64,000 bases of DNA from Octopus vulgaris (Eukaryota): assembly GCA_951406725.2 (NCBI GenBank), contig OX597814.1:162068001-162132000 (forward strand), given 5' to 3'. Below, piece by piece: positions 27,501 through 42,500 of the stretch. The translations under genes were made by a program, and so were the position numbers. A model generated the notes under the pieces. That model had not been told where the DNA came from. It saw only the letters and a list, made by a program, of their open reading frames with translations, and did not search any database. The first letter of the stretch is position 1. Each line of letters begins with the position of its first letter.

Positions 27501-30500
27501 GTTGTGTAACTGAATGAAAAGTGTAGAAGAAAGCACCAAGCTGGTGGTGAGGTGGAATTGAATCAAGAGGATAGAAATGCAGCCAATAACTAAGAGTGTG
27601 TGGCAACAAGGTATACTGATAACTGGTTGGAAGTATTCATGTTGGTAGAAGTGGCATACATGGGATGATTAGGCAAAATTGAGATTGAAGTGAAATCAGT
27701 AGGTTCTGAAATGATGCAAGTGGAGAAATTGTTATGGTCATAAGAAACAGATCTCAAAGAGGTTGACAGAGGTGTTAGAGGGTAAATAAATTTTAAGTTG
27801 AGATGGTAGGAGATGCGTTTTTTTTTGTGAGTAAAGGAAATGGCACCGATAACAACTATAGCTGTAGAATGAGATGGCTAACAGACAAGTTTGTATAGGT
27901 AAGGCTCATTATAGTGTGCATGGCCACCACAGTAAAGTGATTCTAAAAGTGTCTGTAGGAAAAGCAGTTGAAGGTTTGCTGTTGGTTTTAAGAAAGCAAA
28001 AGGCAATGAGTTCTGGTCAAGAGATGCTGGCCCTTCTGAGTATGAAAATAGTCCACAGTGTTGTGACACAAACTGTGTGTTCATTGGAGTGGGTGTTTCG
28101 TAAAGCAACTGGTTTCTGGATGCAGTGTGTTTAGTGTTAAGCTTGTTGCTTATTGCAATACAAGAATTATTTGATTCTGGTCCAGCTCTAGAATTCATCC
28201 ACAAACAGGTGGAACCCCAGCAAAACACTCAGTTTCAGAGGATAATTGGTCTGTGGATAATCACAGCCATATGTGATGGTGCAATGGATTCAAAGATGGG
28301 TGAGAAAATGTCAAAGAAGTTAACTGAGATAGTGGATGTAAAGGGCAGTGGAGTGAAAACTAAAATGATGTGCTGGTGGGGTAGGAAATAGTATTTGTAA
28401 ATGTCTCAGCCTAATGTAGAGAGCTGGTAGTTAGCAGAGTGGGTGATAGTGTGCATGAGCAAATGAGGTAAGTTGGTCTTATCCTTCTGCCTTTATAGAG
28501 GAGGCAGAAGGGTAAGATTGTGGTTAAACTACAACTATGGAAAATAATGTAGCTGAAATGTTTTGGTAATATATGGATAAATAGATGCAAGGATGTATAG
28601 TGGTAGCTAAGAAGAAAAGGATTAGAAATTAAGGTTGTGATGCAGATTGTAGAAAGAGAGAGAGAGAAAACTTTATGCTCAGCATAGAGAAGATACATCT
28701 CAGGAAGTTGGTGTAATAGAAGAAATCCAGTATCAATGTAATTCAAGATGGGTTTGCATCTGTACAGTTTTCATATATATACATGTATCATCATCATTTG
28801 ACATCCAGCTCATGCAAGCATATTAAAAATGAACTTAAAATTTGACTATTATAATCTACTAGTTCTGTGTGTATATTGTGTGGTTGAGAATTTAATGATA
28901 ATAATACAGGTATTTGAACCAAGTGTGCTTTTACTTCATATCATTTACAGATACCACCATTTGAAGTTTCCATTTGTCCTGAATTGGAAACTAGTCTGGA
29001 TGAAGCTTTGAATGCATGGAATATTGAGCCTATTCAAGTAGTAAGTTGTTTACTTATTATTAAATAATAAATTTACAGTATTTTAACTTGATGCCTTTTA
29101 CATAACATTTTCTCATTAACCATTTAATTTCTATCTATATTTTAAAGCCTGCTGAAATTTCCCCGGAGCCATTCTCACTAGTAACTCATACTCAACTGGA
29201 TGAATTTGTTCCTGCACCTAAACGTCCTCAACCAGGTGTGGTTTCTTGGTGTCCACCACAACCCAACTGGAACCCTTGGACAAATTGTAACATCGACGAA
29301 GGTCCTTTGGCTCATGTGAGTAAAGCATTTTACTGTTGCAAGAGAGTGCCATGTGTCTCCAAAATAAAAGAATATAAATAATGATGATATGAAAGGAGTG
29401 GCAGAAAGCTGAAAGTATGTGTGGAATTCTTGTATTGTGTCAAGAAGTTTGGGTTCTTGTTCTAGTGGAAATAACCTCTTTACTGGCATATCTTTTTTTT
29501 TTTTAACTATTATATATACATAAAAGGAACTGCTTTGCCTGAGCAGGTTTTTCAACTAATGCTCTGATCTTTATGTAATTATAAATCCAGAAAGATGCAT
29601 TTGTAAAATTAGTTGTACAGAATTAAAATGGAACCTACAAATGTATAGTATAGTGATGCAGTATTAACTGTCTCTTAGATGTTGTTTACTGTCAAGCTAA
29701 CTCTGATCAGATGAATCCAGCTGTGATCATCCTGTCATTTTATGAGTATCTAGGAATAAGGCTTGAAAGTTATTGGTTGGTTATATGTTTATATGAAACA
29801 ATAGATCCTTCCAGAAATGCTTTTTTTTTTTCATCAAATTGGAGTCAATAAAAGTACCTGTCAATTTTTAGGGGCAGATTTAATTAACTCCCCCTGTCTA
29901 TTCATATGACTTTGCATTGGTTAGAAGTGATTATTATTTATTTATTTTCTGTGATTATTGTTATTTAGGCCTCAATGGAACAAATCAGTCAGGATGTGTA
30001 CCGGTCACTAGAAGAACAGAGAGCCAATGATAGAGATCTTCAGGCTGTAAGTCCTCATTGCTTAATTGCATATGTTACTATATTTTTATGTCTCAGACTA
30101 TATATCTTTATTGCTAATAATTTTGGCAATAAACTTGTATGTTAAATAATATTTATTTTGAAAATATTAAATGTAGATAGGTTTTAGTTCAATTATTTGA
30201 GCATTGATTCCCTTTTTTGTTAATGTTGCCATGAATCAATTTAAGCAGAATCAACACCAATGAACTTGTGTTAGTATAGCATTTTAACTTTACTATCATA
30301 TTTTCCATACTCTTAACATTTTCTTGTGAGAGTCATACATGTGGAAAGAATTAGAAAATTATTATTTTTTAGCAGGTGTTTGTTAAATGAAGCATAGATA
30401 ATCTATTCCAGTATGACTAAAATTAAATGTCAATACACCATTATAATATTTTTTTTAAACATCTTTCATTGAATTTTTCCTGTCTTCAGATGCTCCATGA

Positions 30501-33500
30501 TCGAAGCAAGTTACCTATCAATCAATCTAGAGATCATATTGTACAAGTTATTAAATCTTCCCCGGTTGTTCTCATAAGAGGAGAAACTGGATGCGGTAAA
30601 ACAACACAGGTAATTGATTCTGTTCTTTTATTTGTGAAAGAAATTAAAAAATTACTTGGTGCAAATTGAGATTGCAAAATGTGCAAGTAAAAGTAAATAT
30701 GCAGGTTTAAGTGCTCTTATTGCTCACATGGTCAAATCACAAGTCAAACTTTAAAATATAGGTACTGAAAGATGATGATAGTCCTTTTAGATATTGTGTC
30801 TTATAAGAAAAAAAAAATGGTTGTGGCTGGAAGGCTTTGAATGGATGAGATTGAATGAATATTTGAAAATTTCATATGTAAATCCCAATTTTTATTGCCT
30901 TAACCCTCTCATTACTATATTTCTGACCAAAATACACCCTTCATGAGTTCCAATTAAATTCTAAAATAATCATGAATTTAGACTGGTTTCATTAAACAAC
31001 TGTAACTTTTTTACTTATAAACATATTAATATGACATTTAGAACATAATTGAAGAAAGGGTTCTTAATCAATTCTGTTGCATAATTTTTGTCTCAAAGTG
31101 ACTCTAATTAGAGGTAAACTGAGCAAAATGTAAAAATATTTAAATTTTGTTTAAACATTACCATAGAAAATGAGTCATCGGTTAATATTCATTTGGGTAT
31201 GCAATAAAATTTTGATATAGAATTGTGTACATCAATAGATTATCAGTTGAATTTAATGCACAGAAGAACAGGTGTACCATAAAGGTAGAATAAACTGAAA
31301 TACTAGAATTTGTTTTTGAAAAATGAAATATACTCACACACATACATGAATACACAGGAACATATATAACAAAGATTTACAATAGAAATTAAATCACACT
31401 CACCTTACAGGCAAATTAAAATAAAAAGTGAAACAAAGTAAATTTGAAAAGTATTATTTATACAATCTATTATACATATATACAATATTTCTATCATGGA
31501 AAGTTGTAAAACATCCCACTCTACATACTGCAACCTTGCAGAATACACATTGGAAAGATGTTTCAATTGGCCATCCACTGGGAGTTTTTCTTTGTAGTAG
31601 TAGACATTCGTTGCATTGCCTTTTGTCCCCCCCTCCCCCATTTCCCCCTCCCCCATTCCCCCCTCTAATTTATGAAGATCAGCAGAGCTCAAAGGGATAT
31701 CTCTCTGGCAGGCTTTGCTTTTCCTTCTTGCAGTTATTTTCTGGGAGGAATAACCTGCCCACAACTGCGTTGCTACATCTGCTTGGAACTGCAGATGGTC
31801 GCACTGCTTGTGAGCCCCTCCTGATTTGGTATATAATATAAATGCATTTACAATGCTCATGTTTACTATATACCAACCAGGTATCGCCACCATTTATACC
31901 CATTCTACCAACCGGATAATAACTCATCATATGGTTCAGCCGATCCACACCGCCCATGTACCTGTTATAATCAAGGTTCACAAATGGGGTGCCATTTTCA
32001 TCTACACATGGTTGTGCACTGGTAGATATAAAATTTATCTGCCTCTTATCTCTGTATGCGGTCGCTAGCAGATTTCCTTTCTGCCATTGGATTATTTCAC
32101 CTCTTTTTTTTAAATTTTGCTTTTACTATATCCAATGGCAGCCCTTTTCTACTAGCAATTACTGTAGCACACATATGTCTAAATCCATCGCAAGTTTGTC
32201 CAAACTAAAAAAATCAATCAAAAAATAATGTACGGCCCTGGTTATGGTATGGAAGTGATAAATTCCAGATCACATCGTACCCTAGGCCATGTTGACTAAC
32301 ATTATTGTCTCTTTTCCCTGTATAAAAACTAAATCCACAGCAGTACCCAGTATTTGCTTCGCAAATTTTCCAAACTTTGATCCCCCATTTCATGGGCTTT
32401 CTTGGCATTTACTGTCAGAAGCGTACCCTTCCTTTATATTTCACCATGCCCTCATCAACGGGTAAGTATCTCTCAGGGTTGTAAAATATTTTATATGCAT
32501 TTTGAATGCAATCGATGAGGGGTTTTATTTTACATAAGGGGTCAAAGTTCTCCGCGTATTGTGGTACTGCTGGTGTCTCTCACATGTAAATACTGGTTCA
32601 GTTTCACAAATCGTATTCAGGTCATAATACTGGAAACATACTGATCGCCAAAAGGTTCCTGATTGCTCCAGTAATTTGTAATCCTGGGTAACTTGTCTAA
32701 TAACCCATAATAATATTTATGCCAAAAAATGCCTGCATTGTTTACATTCTGCGTAACGGTTTGTTTCCGCAGTGATCACTTCAAACAAGTATGCTGGAAA
32801 AAATAAGAAGAAAATGTCTAATGGTTTCACTTCCTGAGAAAGACTATAGGTAGACCCTGTCTCCTCAGAAAAATTGTTAATAAAAACATTTTTAAAGTGA
32901 AATCATATGTTTTCATGAATGGACTAATGAGATTTGTGTTCAAATTTACATTTAAATAACAATGGGTACTCTTGGTTGGCTATGGCCAGGTTGGTCTTAT
33001 GAACCAAAAAGCTTTTTGGCCGGCTACAGCCGGGTTAGTATCGAAAGGGTTAACTATTAAAGTCCTGTTGTTCTTTCTCTATATTAATCTCCCAATCCTG
33101 TTAGGAACTAGAGATTTTAATGAAATGCAGTTAGCCGAGTGTAAAAATCATAAAATTATAACTGTTGCATGTATGCAGACAAAATTTATTGATATGGTAT
33201 AATGATTATTGGTGTACATTGTGATTTTTTTTTTTTTGTTGTTGGTAATTTTTACCTGTTGTCATATCACGTTCACGTACTAAGGAAAGTTGAATACAGT
33301 TAAGTTGATTACATATAAGTGTTTTCACACAATTTTGATTCTGAGCATTGAGTTTTCAATCACAAAGCTGAATTTGTACCTCAGTTGATCTCTAACTTGG
33401 AAACTGCACAACTCCTAAAATCCTGTTGAAGAGCTCAATTACCACTGGAGGCCTTGCTCTTGATAGAATTATTATAAAATTTCCCAGTGAAGATGTATCG

Positions 33501-36500
33501 CTCATAAAATGCATATTTTACATGACTGATAATTTTGTGGCTGAAAAGAGTTTACATATTTTTTATTTTCTTATGCTGCTTGACTATATGATTGAATCTT
33601 TTAAATCTGATGTTGGTTTAAATCTTTCTACTTTTAGGTCCCTCAGTTTATTTTGGACGGCATGGTTGCAGAAGGCAAGGGTGCTGACTGTAATATAATT
33701 GTGACTCAGGTAAAACTCTTAAAATACTTAAGTTAATTTGCTATGTAATAGCAAAAATTATTAGTTAGACATTTAAAAGCATAAAAAAAAAGAGAGAGAG
33801 AGAAAGAAAAAAAAACAATTATTATATTTAGACAACTTCATTTATGAGCATCAACACTTTGACTGTTTTCTATTAAGTGCATTGTTAGTTTAATAAGAGT
33901 CACTCTTTGCCTATGTACAAATTAATCTGTGATTGTCTGAATTTGTACATATTAGTTAATATTCTATCTCAGTGTCTCTCTTTAGGCCATCTTAACAGAA
34001 ATTATTTTTAAACATTTAGCTTAAAGTATAAGGTTGAGTTTTAAAAAAATTTTACTGTATTTTTCTTTTCTTAATTGCTACAATTTAAAGACTAGCAAGG
34101 TTCAACACTTAACCTATGCTACAAGATAGCAAAAGTTCCACTGTTGTTTTTGCAAATTATTCCTAGATTTTCATAATGCTTCAAATGCATTAAAAAAAAC
34201 AAATCCTGAATTCCAACTTTTATGATTAATTAATTCCATTACTTTGAATATGCCACTTCCCTTAACACAGAATATTAAGCCTGTAGTCAACTGATACATT
34301 CATTTATATTAGGTTCCCATTAATCTCTATGAAAAAAACCATCTTTCCATTATTGATTTAACAAATGAATATATTTGTGGATTGTTCAGTATGTATTAGT
34401 AATATCTGTTGTAAATTACAGCATTGAGAAATACTGCTTGTAAATAATTAATCACTGAAATATTTCAGTTAGTCTTCAATCTCAGATTCTGTTCTATAAT
34501 ATGGTATCAATATAAATAGGGATCACATTGTAGTTGACTGACTCACAGTGTCTTTACTAAGCTATTGTCTTCATCCAGCCTAGAAGAATCAGTGCCGTAT
34601 CCATCGCCGAAAGGGTCGCTATGGAAAGGAATGAGAACTTGGGGCTGAGTACTGGCTACAGTGTCAGATTTGAAAGTGTTCTACCTCGGCCCTATGCGGC
34701 TATTCTCTATTGTACATTAGGTATGTCCCTCAAGAAAGTTCTTTATCTTTATTTTTTTTTTAATGAACAAAATACTCTGTCTTTAAAGACAGATCTATAT
34801 TTATTCTGTTCATAATGTAATTTTCTCAGATCTATGTTTAATTTGTTCTATATTATGTTTATATATCATTACTGTATCTTTGCTTTCAGGAACATTATTA
34901 CGACGATTAGAGAATGGCTTGCGTGGTGTTTCTCATGTAATTGTTGATGAAATCCATGAAAGAGACATAAATGTAAGTTACAGTAATTACATGGTTTGTT
35001 TTGACTCTTTTCTAATACTCTTCCTACCAACTATCATTGAGGTTGTTTTTCAACTGGTTAGATTGTATGAATATTCAGACAGTATAAATGCAGCTGGTTT
35101 TATAAATTCATCTTATTCACGTATTTCTCTCTTTTTTTTTTATTAAATTTTAGACTGACTTCTTGTTGGTGTTACTCCGGGATATGTTAGCAACTTATAG
35201 TGAACTGCGTGTTGTACTTATGTCTGCTACTGTAGATGTAACTCTGTTCTGTGAATACTTCGGCAATTGTAGAGTGGTGGAAGTTTATGGCCGAGTTTTT
35301 CCAGTTCAAGGTTAGTCATATTTATTATCAGTAGTTTCCTTCTGTATTATAGTTATAACAAAAAAAATTTATGTTTATGCATTTTAAAATCAATGTATAA
35401 TTACTAAGGAGTTATTTTCTTTTTTTTTTTCATAGATTATTTCTTAGAGGATTGTATTCAAATGACAAATTTTGTGCCACCACCATCAGATAGAAAGAAA
35501 AAGAAAGAGAAAGATGAGGATGGAGAAGATGGTGACAAAGAGGTAATCTTATGATTTTCAAATAGTACTTCAGATCAGAATTTGTATTAATATATATTTT
35601 TTTTCCATCAATCAATTTCAGTTGGGGCAAAATACTTTTGTGTATTTTGTTATGTTCAACCTCTGAAGTTTATTCAAACTGATTAAAAAACTCCATATTA
35701 ATTAAGTACAAAATATATAAGAATATCAATAAAAAGAATTTTTGTAGTTTTTTCTTTACATTTTTACTATTAATATATTTCTTTACCTATTTTCCTTAGA
35801 AGACAGTTTAGTATCTTTTGACTATTTATTTTACAGGAAAATTGCAATTTGCTAATATCTGGTGATTACTCAGAAGCCACTCGAAGAGCAATGGCTATGT
35901 TAAATGAGAAAGAAATGTCATTTGAATTAATTGAAGTAAGTTCTATTTTTGTTGCAATAGGATAAGATTTCAAGCATTGTTAGTAATAGTAGTCGATGTT
36001 GAATGCTAGACTGATTTAAAAAATCCTGTATTCTTGTAACATTGCATCTTGTTTCTTGGCAGGCATTACTACAATACATCAAAAGTCTGAATATTCCCGG
36101 TGCTGTCTTAATTTTCTTACCTGGCTGGAATCTCATCTTTGCTCTACAGAAACACCTGGAGATGTCGGCTGAGTTTGGTAAGTCTGATTGTCTTAAGTTA
36201 GCACTTTTGTTTCTTCCTTTTTTTTATGTAGCTTTTGGACAGAAGCTAATACAAACACATCTACATCAAATATTACTTTCAATAACCTTTTTGAACTTCT
36301 GTAAAAAGAATTTCAAGTTCTGATTTTCTTACCAGTGTGGGTAATGATATTCTAAATCTCATTATAAAATATTACATTTTCAGGCTCCTCAAGGTATCGA
36401 ATTCTTCCTTTACATTCACAAATACCCCGAGAAGACCAAAAGAAAGTGTTTGAAAGCGTACCATGTGGAATTACGAAGGTAAGTTTACCTTGTACTGACT

Positions 36501-39500
36501 ATGGTTTTTAGAGTAATAAATTAATAATTGAAATGATACCAGCTTTTTTCTTTCACTATATTTAAAAGAATTTGTTGTAAAAATGTCTAATTTTCCTTGT
36601 CATCTCTTATACTACTTGTTCACATTTCATATAATTATTCTATATAAATTCCTTAAAAGACTCGTATCTTTCTGGTAATATATCATTTTGGAAATAAGAA
36701 TCAAAATTGAGATATATATTTGTTTTTTAAATATTTTTTTTACAACGCTAAAATCTGTGATTTACATTAGTTACTATTTAGTTGCATTTTTAATAAATCG
36801 TAATCCTTTGTTTTTTAGATTATTCTCTCAACCAATATTGCTGAGACCAGTGTGACCATCAATGATGTCGTCTATGTCATTGACTGTTGCAAGTAAGTTT
36901 GAAATTATCCTAAGTCTTTGTTACTATTATTGTAATGTCTGCATTTCTTAATTAACATTCTATAATGTTGTTTTATTGGTATATTTCAGAGCTAAAATGA
37001 AACTCTTCACTTCACACAACAACATGACTAACTATGCTACTTTATGGGCTTCCAAAACTAATTTGGAACAACGCCGTGGGCGTGCTGGACGTGTTCGGCC
37101 TGGATTCTGCTTTCATCTTTGTAGCAGAGCCAGGTATGAAAGGTGAGTGATAACACTTTGCATGCTTCCTTTCTATTATTAGTGGATTGCCTATAAAAGT
37201 CCATTCAATAAATTTAAAAACAAAATATATTGTAATAAATCAGTAAGCTATAACAGTGTTAGTGATATGAACGTAATTTGTTTGCAACTCTTTAATCTTT
37301 AAGCATAACACTCATTAAACAAGGCGTAGTAAAATGTAACTTTACTTTGAGAATTTGTTTACATAATATTTAAAGAAATGTATATTGGATGCTTTTGGTG
37401 TGGAATCTGACTTCAGTAAAATATTAATATATTTTTTTGAAGAATGACAGGTATTCAGCTTTGCTTTTCATGCTCAGTGGCTTTCAAGTGCTTGAGTGAA
37501 ATTTGAATAACTGACCAATCTCCTCAAAATTTGTGTCTATGATAGAAATTAGTGTTATGATTGAGATAAGGCAGAGATATGGTATTTTCTTAATTTTGAT
37601 TTCAATGTAGTTTTGATGTAGTTAAAATCAGTGCTGTTTATTTTCAGACTAGAACAACATACAACACCTGAAATATTCCGCACACCACTTCATGAATTAG
37701 CATTGGCTATCAAACTGCTACGGCTCGGGTCTATTGGTTTATTTTTGGCCAAAGCTGTTGAGCCACCTCCTATTGATGCTGTTATTGAAGCTGAAGCCCT
37801 ATTAAAAGGTGACTATTTACATATCTTAAAATTCTTGGAATTATCTAATTTTATCTCTTGTTTGCAGTGTAAATAAAATATATTGAAAATCTTATTTCTC
37901 TTTCTAGAAATGCGTGCTCTTGATTCTAATGATGAATTAACTCCTTTGGGCCGTATTCTTGCCAGACTTCCTATTGAACCTCGCTTAGGAAAAATGATGA
38001 TTTATGGTTGCCTGTTTTAGTAAGTTGCAGTTTTCTCATGTCCCAATATTATTTGCTATATTTTCTTTTTTTAGTTATAATCATTCTTGAGCATCTTATT
38101 ATGAATGGAAAAGTTATGTTAATGGAGTAGTTTACTTTAGATTTAACTAAATGTATATTATGACATGCTGTCAAATGGTGAATCAGAACCTTTTAATTGT
38201 AATTAAGTATCAAACAACAGAGAATCAATGTAAATATGAAAATATTCATCAACCCTAAATAACTAACCTTATTCAAACCACCATTTTAGAACACTGCTTA
38301 TATGTCAGAGTAAGAGTTATTTCCTTATATGCATATACCATAAAAATAGCTATGATAAAACCATGTTTAAGTTCAATTCTACATTATTCACTTTTTGTCC
38401 CACATCCACCTCATTTGTGACAATGACTTTTTTTACTCCCAGAACTGCATTTTTTAAAATCTACTTCTTGTCTATGCATTTGGCTAATTATATGAATAAC
38501 TAAATGCAAGACTAAATAGGCCATATGCATTTCTCTTCCTCTAATTTTAAAGTTGCTTTCAGCAGTTTGATTCTTGTTTCGTTATTTCACTTCTATATGG
38601 TTCAAATATATCTTTATTGCAGCTGTGGAGATGCTGTGTGTACAGTTGCTGCTAGCACTACGTTTCCAGAACCATTTATAACACATGACCGGAAGCGCCT
38701 TGGCTGGATACATAAAAATCTGGCTGGTACAAGATGCAGTGATCATGTAGCCTTATTGAATGCATTTCAACTTTGGGAAGATGCTCGGTGTGTACTCAGT
38801 TTCATTTTTATTTATTCTACCATTTTATACCTAGTTTTCTGAATTATTTTCTCATCCAAAATATATGCTTTTATTTCAGTATGTCTGGTGAAGATAGTGA
38901 AGCTTGCTTTTGTGACAATAAATCTCTTTCAATGCCAACATTGCGAATGACATGTGAAGCAAAGGTAATCAGTTATATTTGTGTACATTTGTATATATTG
39001 TGAATTTACCCTTATTCTTGTCAAAAATGTATTTGTAGCAATGTGTTTGAATTTGGATGGCTTTTTGAGTACTTGAAGTTAGCCATATTTTCAATTGGAT
39101 ATTGAAATTATCATCATTAATATCTGCTTTTTTTTTCTTCCAATATCATCTTAAGTTTAATGTTTACTGCCATTCATTGTGATCCGTTTATCTTTTCAAA
39201 AGTTTTCAAATTGGACTTTTTCTTGTTTTCCTTAGTCTTACCACAGTTATCTTACCCTGCATACATCAGTTATCTTATCTTCTCAACTCTCTCAGCTAAT
39301 ATTTTACATGCATCAAATCGTACACAACTCATTTCACTCCAACCTTTATAGATCTTCTGTACAATGTTACTGCTACCATACAACATTTCAATTGTTGTAT
39401 ATGCTTCATACAGTCTGATTCTTACTGACTGAAAAAAAAAAATGGGTGGGGACTAGTCTAACTAATACTTTAAATTGCCACTAATGAGTATTATTATGTT

Positions 39501-42500
39501 TCTGATTACTAAAACGTTTTTATAATTTTTCTTCCTTTACATTTGTAGAATCAGTTAAGAGATATTCTTACCAATACTGGTTTCCCAGAAGAATGTATGT
39601 TGCCCAAAGTATACAATTACACTGGACCCGATGGTAATTTAGATATTGTAAGTAATAGATCAGTTTGAATTTGTCAAGGACTTGCTTCTATTGCAAAGAT
39701 TGTAAATTTCTCACTTTTATGCATTTTATTTATTAACATAGGTAGGAGTTAGAAAAATATGCTTATGTTTTCTTAATTTGAAATGTTATGAAATGTTAAA
39801 CCTTTCAAATTTTAATTCAGTCAAATTCTTTACTATGTAAATCAAGAAGTACAATATTTTGTGGGTTGGTGCCCTTTTACATTTTCTGTTTGTATGTCTA
39901 ATAGTTTTTGTTGTTATTGATTTTACAGCTGAAAGCAGTTCTTATAAACAATTCATATGTAGAGTAAAACTTGTATCTTGCTTCTGGTGTGTTTAAATTC
40001 ACAAATATTGTGTGTGTGTGTGTGTGTATTATAAATTCAGATACAAACAATTTGTTTGGATGTTGGGTTCACAATTTTAAAGTTAAGAGCCTGATCTGTG
40101 GACCAGGTAGCATGGTACTTAATTTCACACTGCTCTAGTGTTCTTGACAAAAATGGATATCAGCCAAGTGTTGGTGCAATTAATTTTCTCCCTAGTGGTC
40201 ATGTCCTTCAATGTTTCAAGAGGAGAAGGTACCTATGTTTGTTCATGGCAATATAGAGACTTAAAGCAGTTTGTGAACACATGGTACTATGACGTCATAC
40301 TTGCTTGCAAGTGAGCTAAGGTTGTTTTTGAGTTATGCTTGTAGATAGTTGCATGTTAGCTTGTTAAGCAAGAGTCTTAGTGCCTTCATTATTTTTGCAA
40401 GTATATACCAATCTAATGTGTGTGTGTGTGTGTGTGTGGAGAGAAAGCAAGGGAGCTCTAAGAGATGTATATTAAAGAATGAAAAGTTTAGATGAACGCT
40501 GACATTTGTTTATTAACTAAAAAGGAACTTAACTTGTATTGATTAACCTTCCATTTTGTGTTGCAGGTGACAACGCTCTTATGTATGGGTCTTTATCCTA
40601 ATGTTTGCTATCATAAAGAAAAGCGTAAGGTACTCACTACTGAAAGCAAGCATGCCTTAGTTCATAAATCATCAGTGAACTGCAGTAATTTTGAAATTCA
40701 TTTTCCTTCTCCTTATTTCATATTTGGGGAAAAGGTAATTCTAAAACAATTTTCTGAAATTGAACTTCTGAGTTTTTTTTGTTTTTTTTATTAATATTGT
40801 TATGACAGCTATTATGATGTCACATACTAATTGCAAAATGGCAGAGCTACGACCCAGATAAATAATTTACTTTCAAATCTTTTTTTAAATTCATCCCCAT
40901 TCCTCCTAGGTTTTAAGTGGATTACTTATGTCTCTTTCATATCAACAATTTCATATGAGATAACTGTTCAAATCCTGTAAGAAATGACTTAAACTTTTTA
41001 GAGATTGCTAATGTATTTTTTTCTCCATTTCTTTGTGATCGATAGATACGTACTCGTGCTGTGTCTTGCAAACAAATGACAATGGTAACACCCATCCAGT
41101 TACTGCTCTTTGCTTCTCGCTCAGTGACATTTCATGAAGAATTGGTTATTCTTGATGAATGGTAAGGAGCATTCTTTTTACTCTCTCTCTCTCTCTTTCC
41201 TGCATTGTAATTATTTTAACTCTAATATGCTTATGACCTAGTCCTTATATCAGTTAGTTAAAGAAGAAATTCCAGGCATGGAAGCAAAACTTAGACTTGA
41301 GAGATCTCAGGATGAACTGGGCAAAGGTCAAAGATTTAGTATGTAAAAGACATGACACTTATCATTAGAGAAATGATTTTGCTTGATAGGCAGAAAAAGA
41401 GTAGGTAAGGACTCCATACTTTGAATACAATGTGAACTATGGGTGTACAAAAGGTCTTTCAGGATCACAGGGAGGCTGATGGTAAATAAGAACCATGTAA
41501 TTAGTAGTCAGTGCAATAGTAAAATATCCTTTCAGGCCTTCAAAAGAAATTAGAAGGCAGTTTCTGTTACTTGTGCAACCTGAACAGCAGTGGGGGCAGG
41601 AACTCTGAAAGTATAGTAGCCAGAATATGGAATTTATGGTTCAGGGAGTTGTCTCTTCTGACAAGAGGATTCTTCTTTTGAGTGAAAGGTAGATGTTGCT
41701 TCTGTATAAAGTGCAGTGCTGCATGCTAGTGAGACAGCACTGACTGCATTGGAAGTGTGAAGGTTGAATGAGTCTAGATGTATAATTTTAGTTTGCATTA
41801 ATGATGTGGTACAGATAAGTTGTGAAACTATCTATTAGAGGATCAGGTTGTGGCATAAGAAAACAAAGACTACATTGTTATGGACTTATGACGCATATGA
41901 AGTATAATATATCTATATATGAGTAAAAATATGCTATGATATCTGAGTGGAAAGAAACAATGGAAGAGGCAGACAAGGAAGACAAGATAATTTTTTTCAT
42001 TTTATTTATTCTTTAAAAAAAGTCTTCAGTTTTATACTGTATAATATATAATTCTTCATTTTTATGATTTCAGGATTAATTTAAAAATGAACCCTAATAT
42101 TGCTGCCAAAATTGTCGCTCTCCGTCCGGCCATGGAAGCCCTAATAGTGCGAGCCACCCAGAACCCAGCTGTAATTAACCAGCCAGGACCCCAAGAGTCT
42201 TCGCTGATGAGTGCTGTGAGATTTTTATCTCAACCAAATGCTGGTCGCTTTGGACTTGCTGACCAGACCGAGTGAGTAACATGTAGATGATTAATATTCC
42301 CTTGTTATTTAAGTAGACATGATTAATTCAAAACTGTAAAAAATAAGCACTGATCTGAATGCTAAAGAGTTAAAGATGCTGGGTGATGTACAGCAAGTGT
42401 TTACATCATTATTTTGATTTAAATATGAAGAGAAATTTGAGTGCTTTATCTTATCTTATAATGAGAGACTGTTTGGTAATGAAAGGATTAAAAGGATTGC

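Noticed and set aside
31626-31663. C-rich tract able to form a G-quadruplex on the - strand
   Set aside because: Simple-sequence expansion inside a dead transposon; G-rich strand is not the DHX9 transcript; no evidence of function.
31405-32408. Possible domesticated piggyBac (PGBD-like) gene
   Set aside because: Multiple frameshifts and stops, with TIRs and TTAA retained: a dead transposon.
33340-33470. Two possible hairpins in a DHX9 intron suggesting an H/ACA snoRNA
   Set aside because: No properly placed H box or ACA; pairing relies on many G-U pairs.
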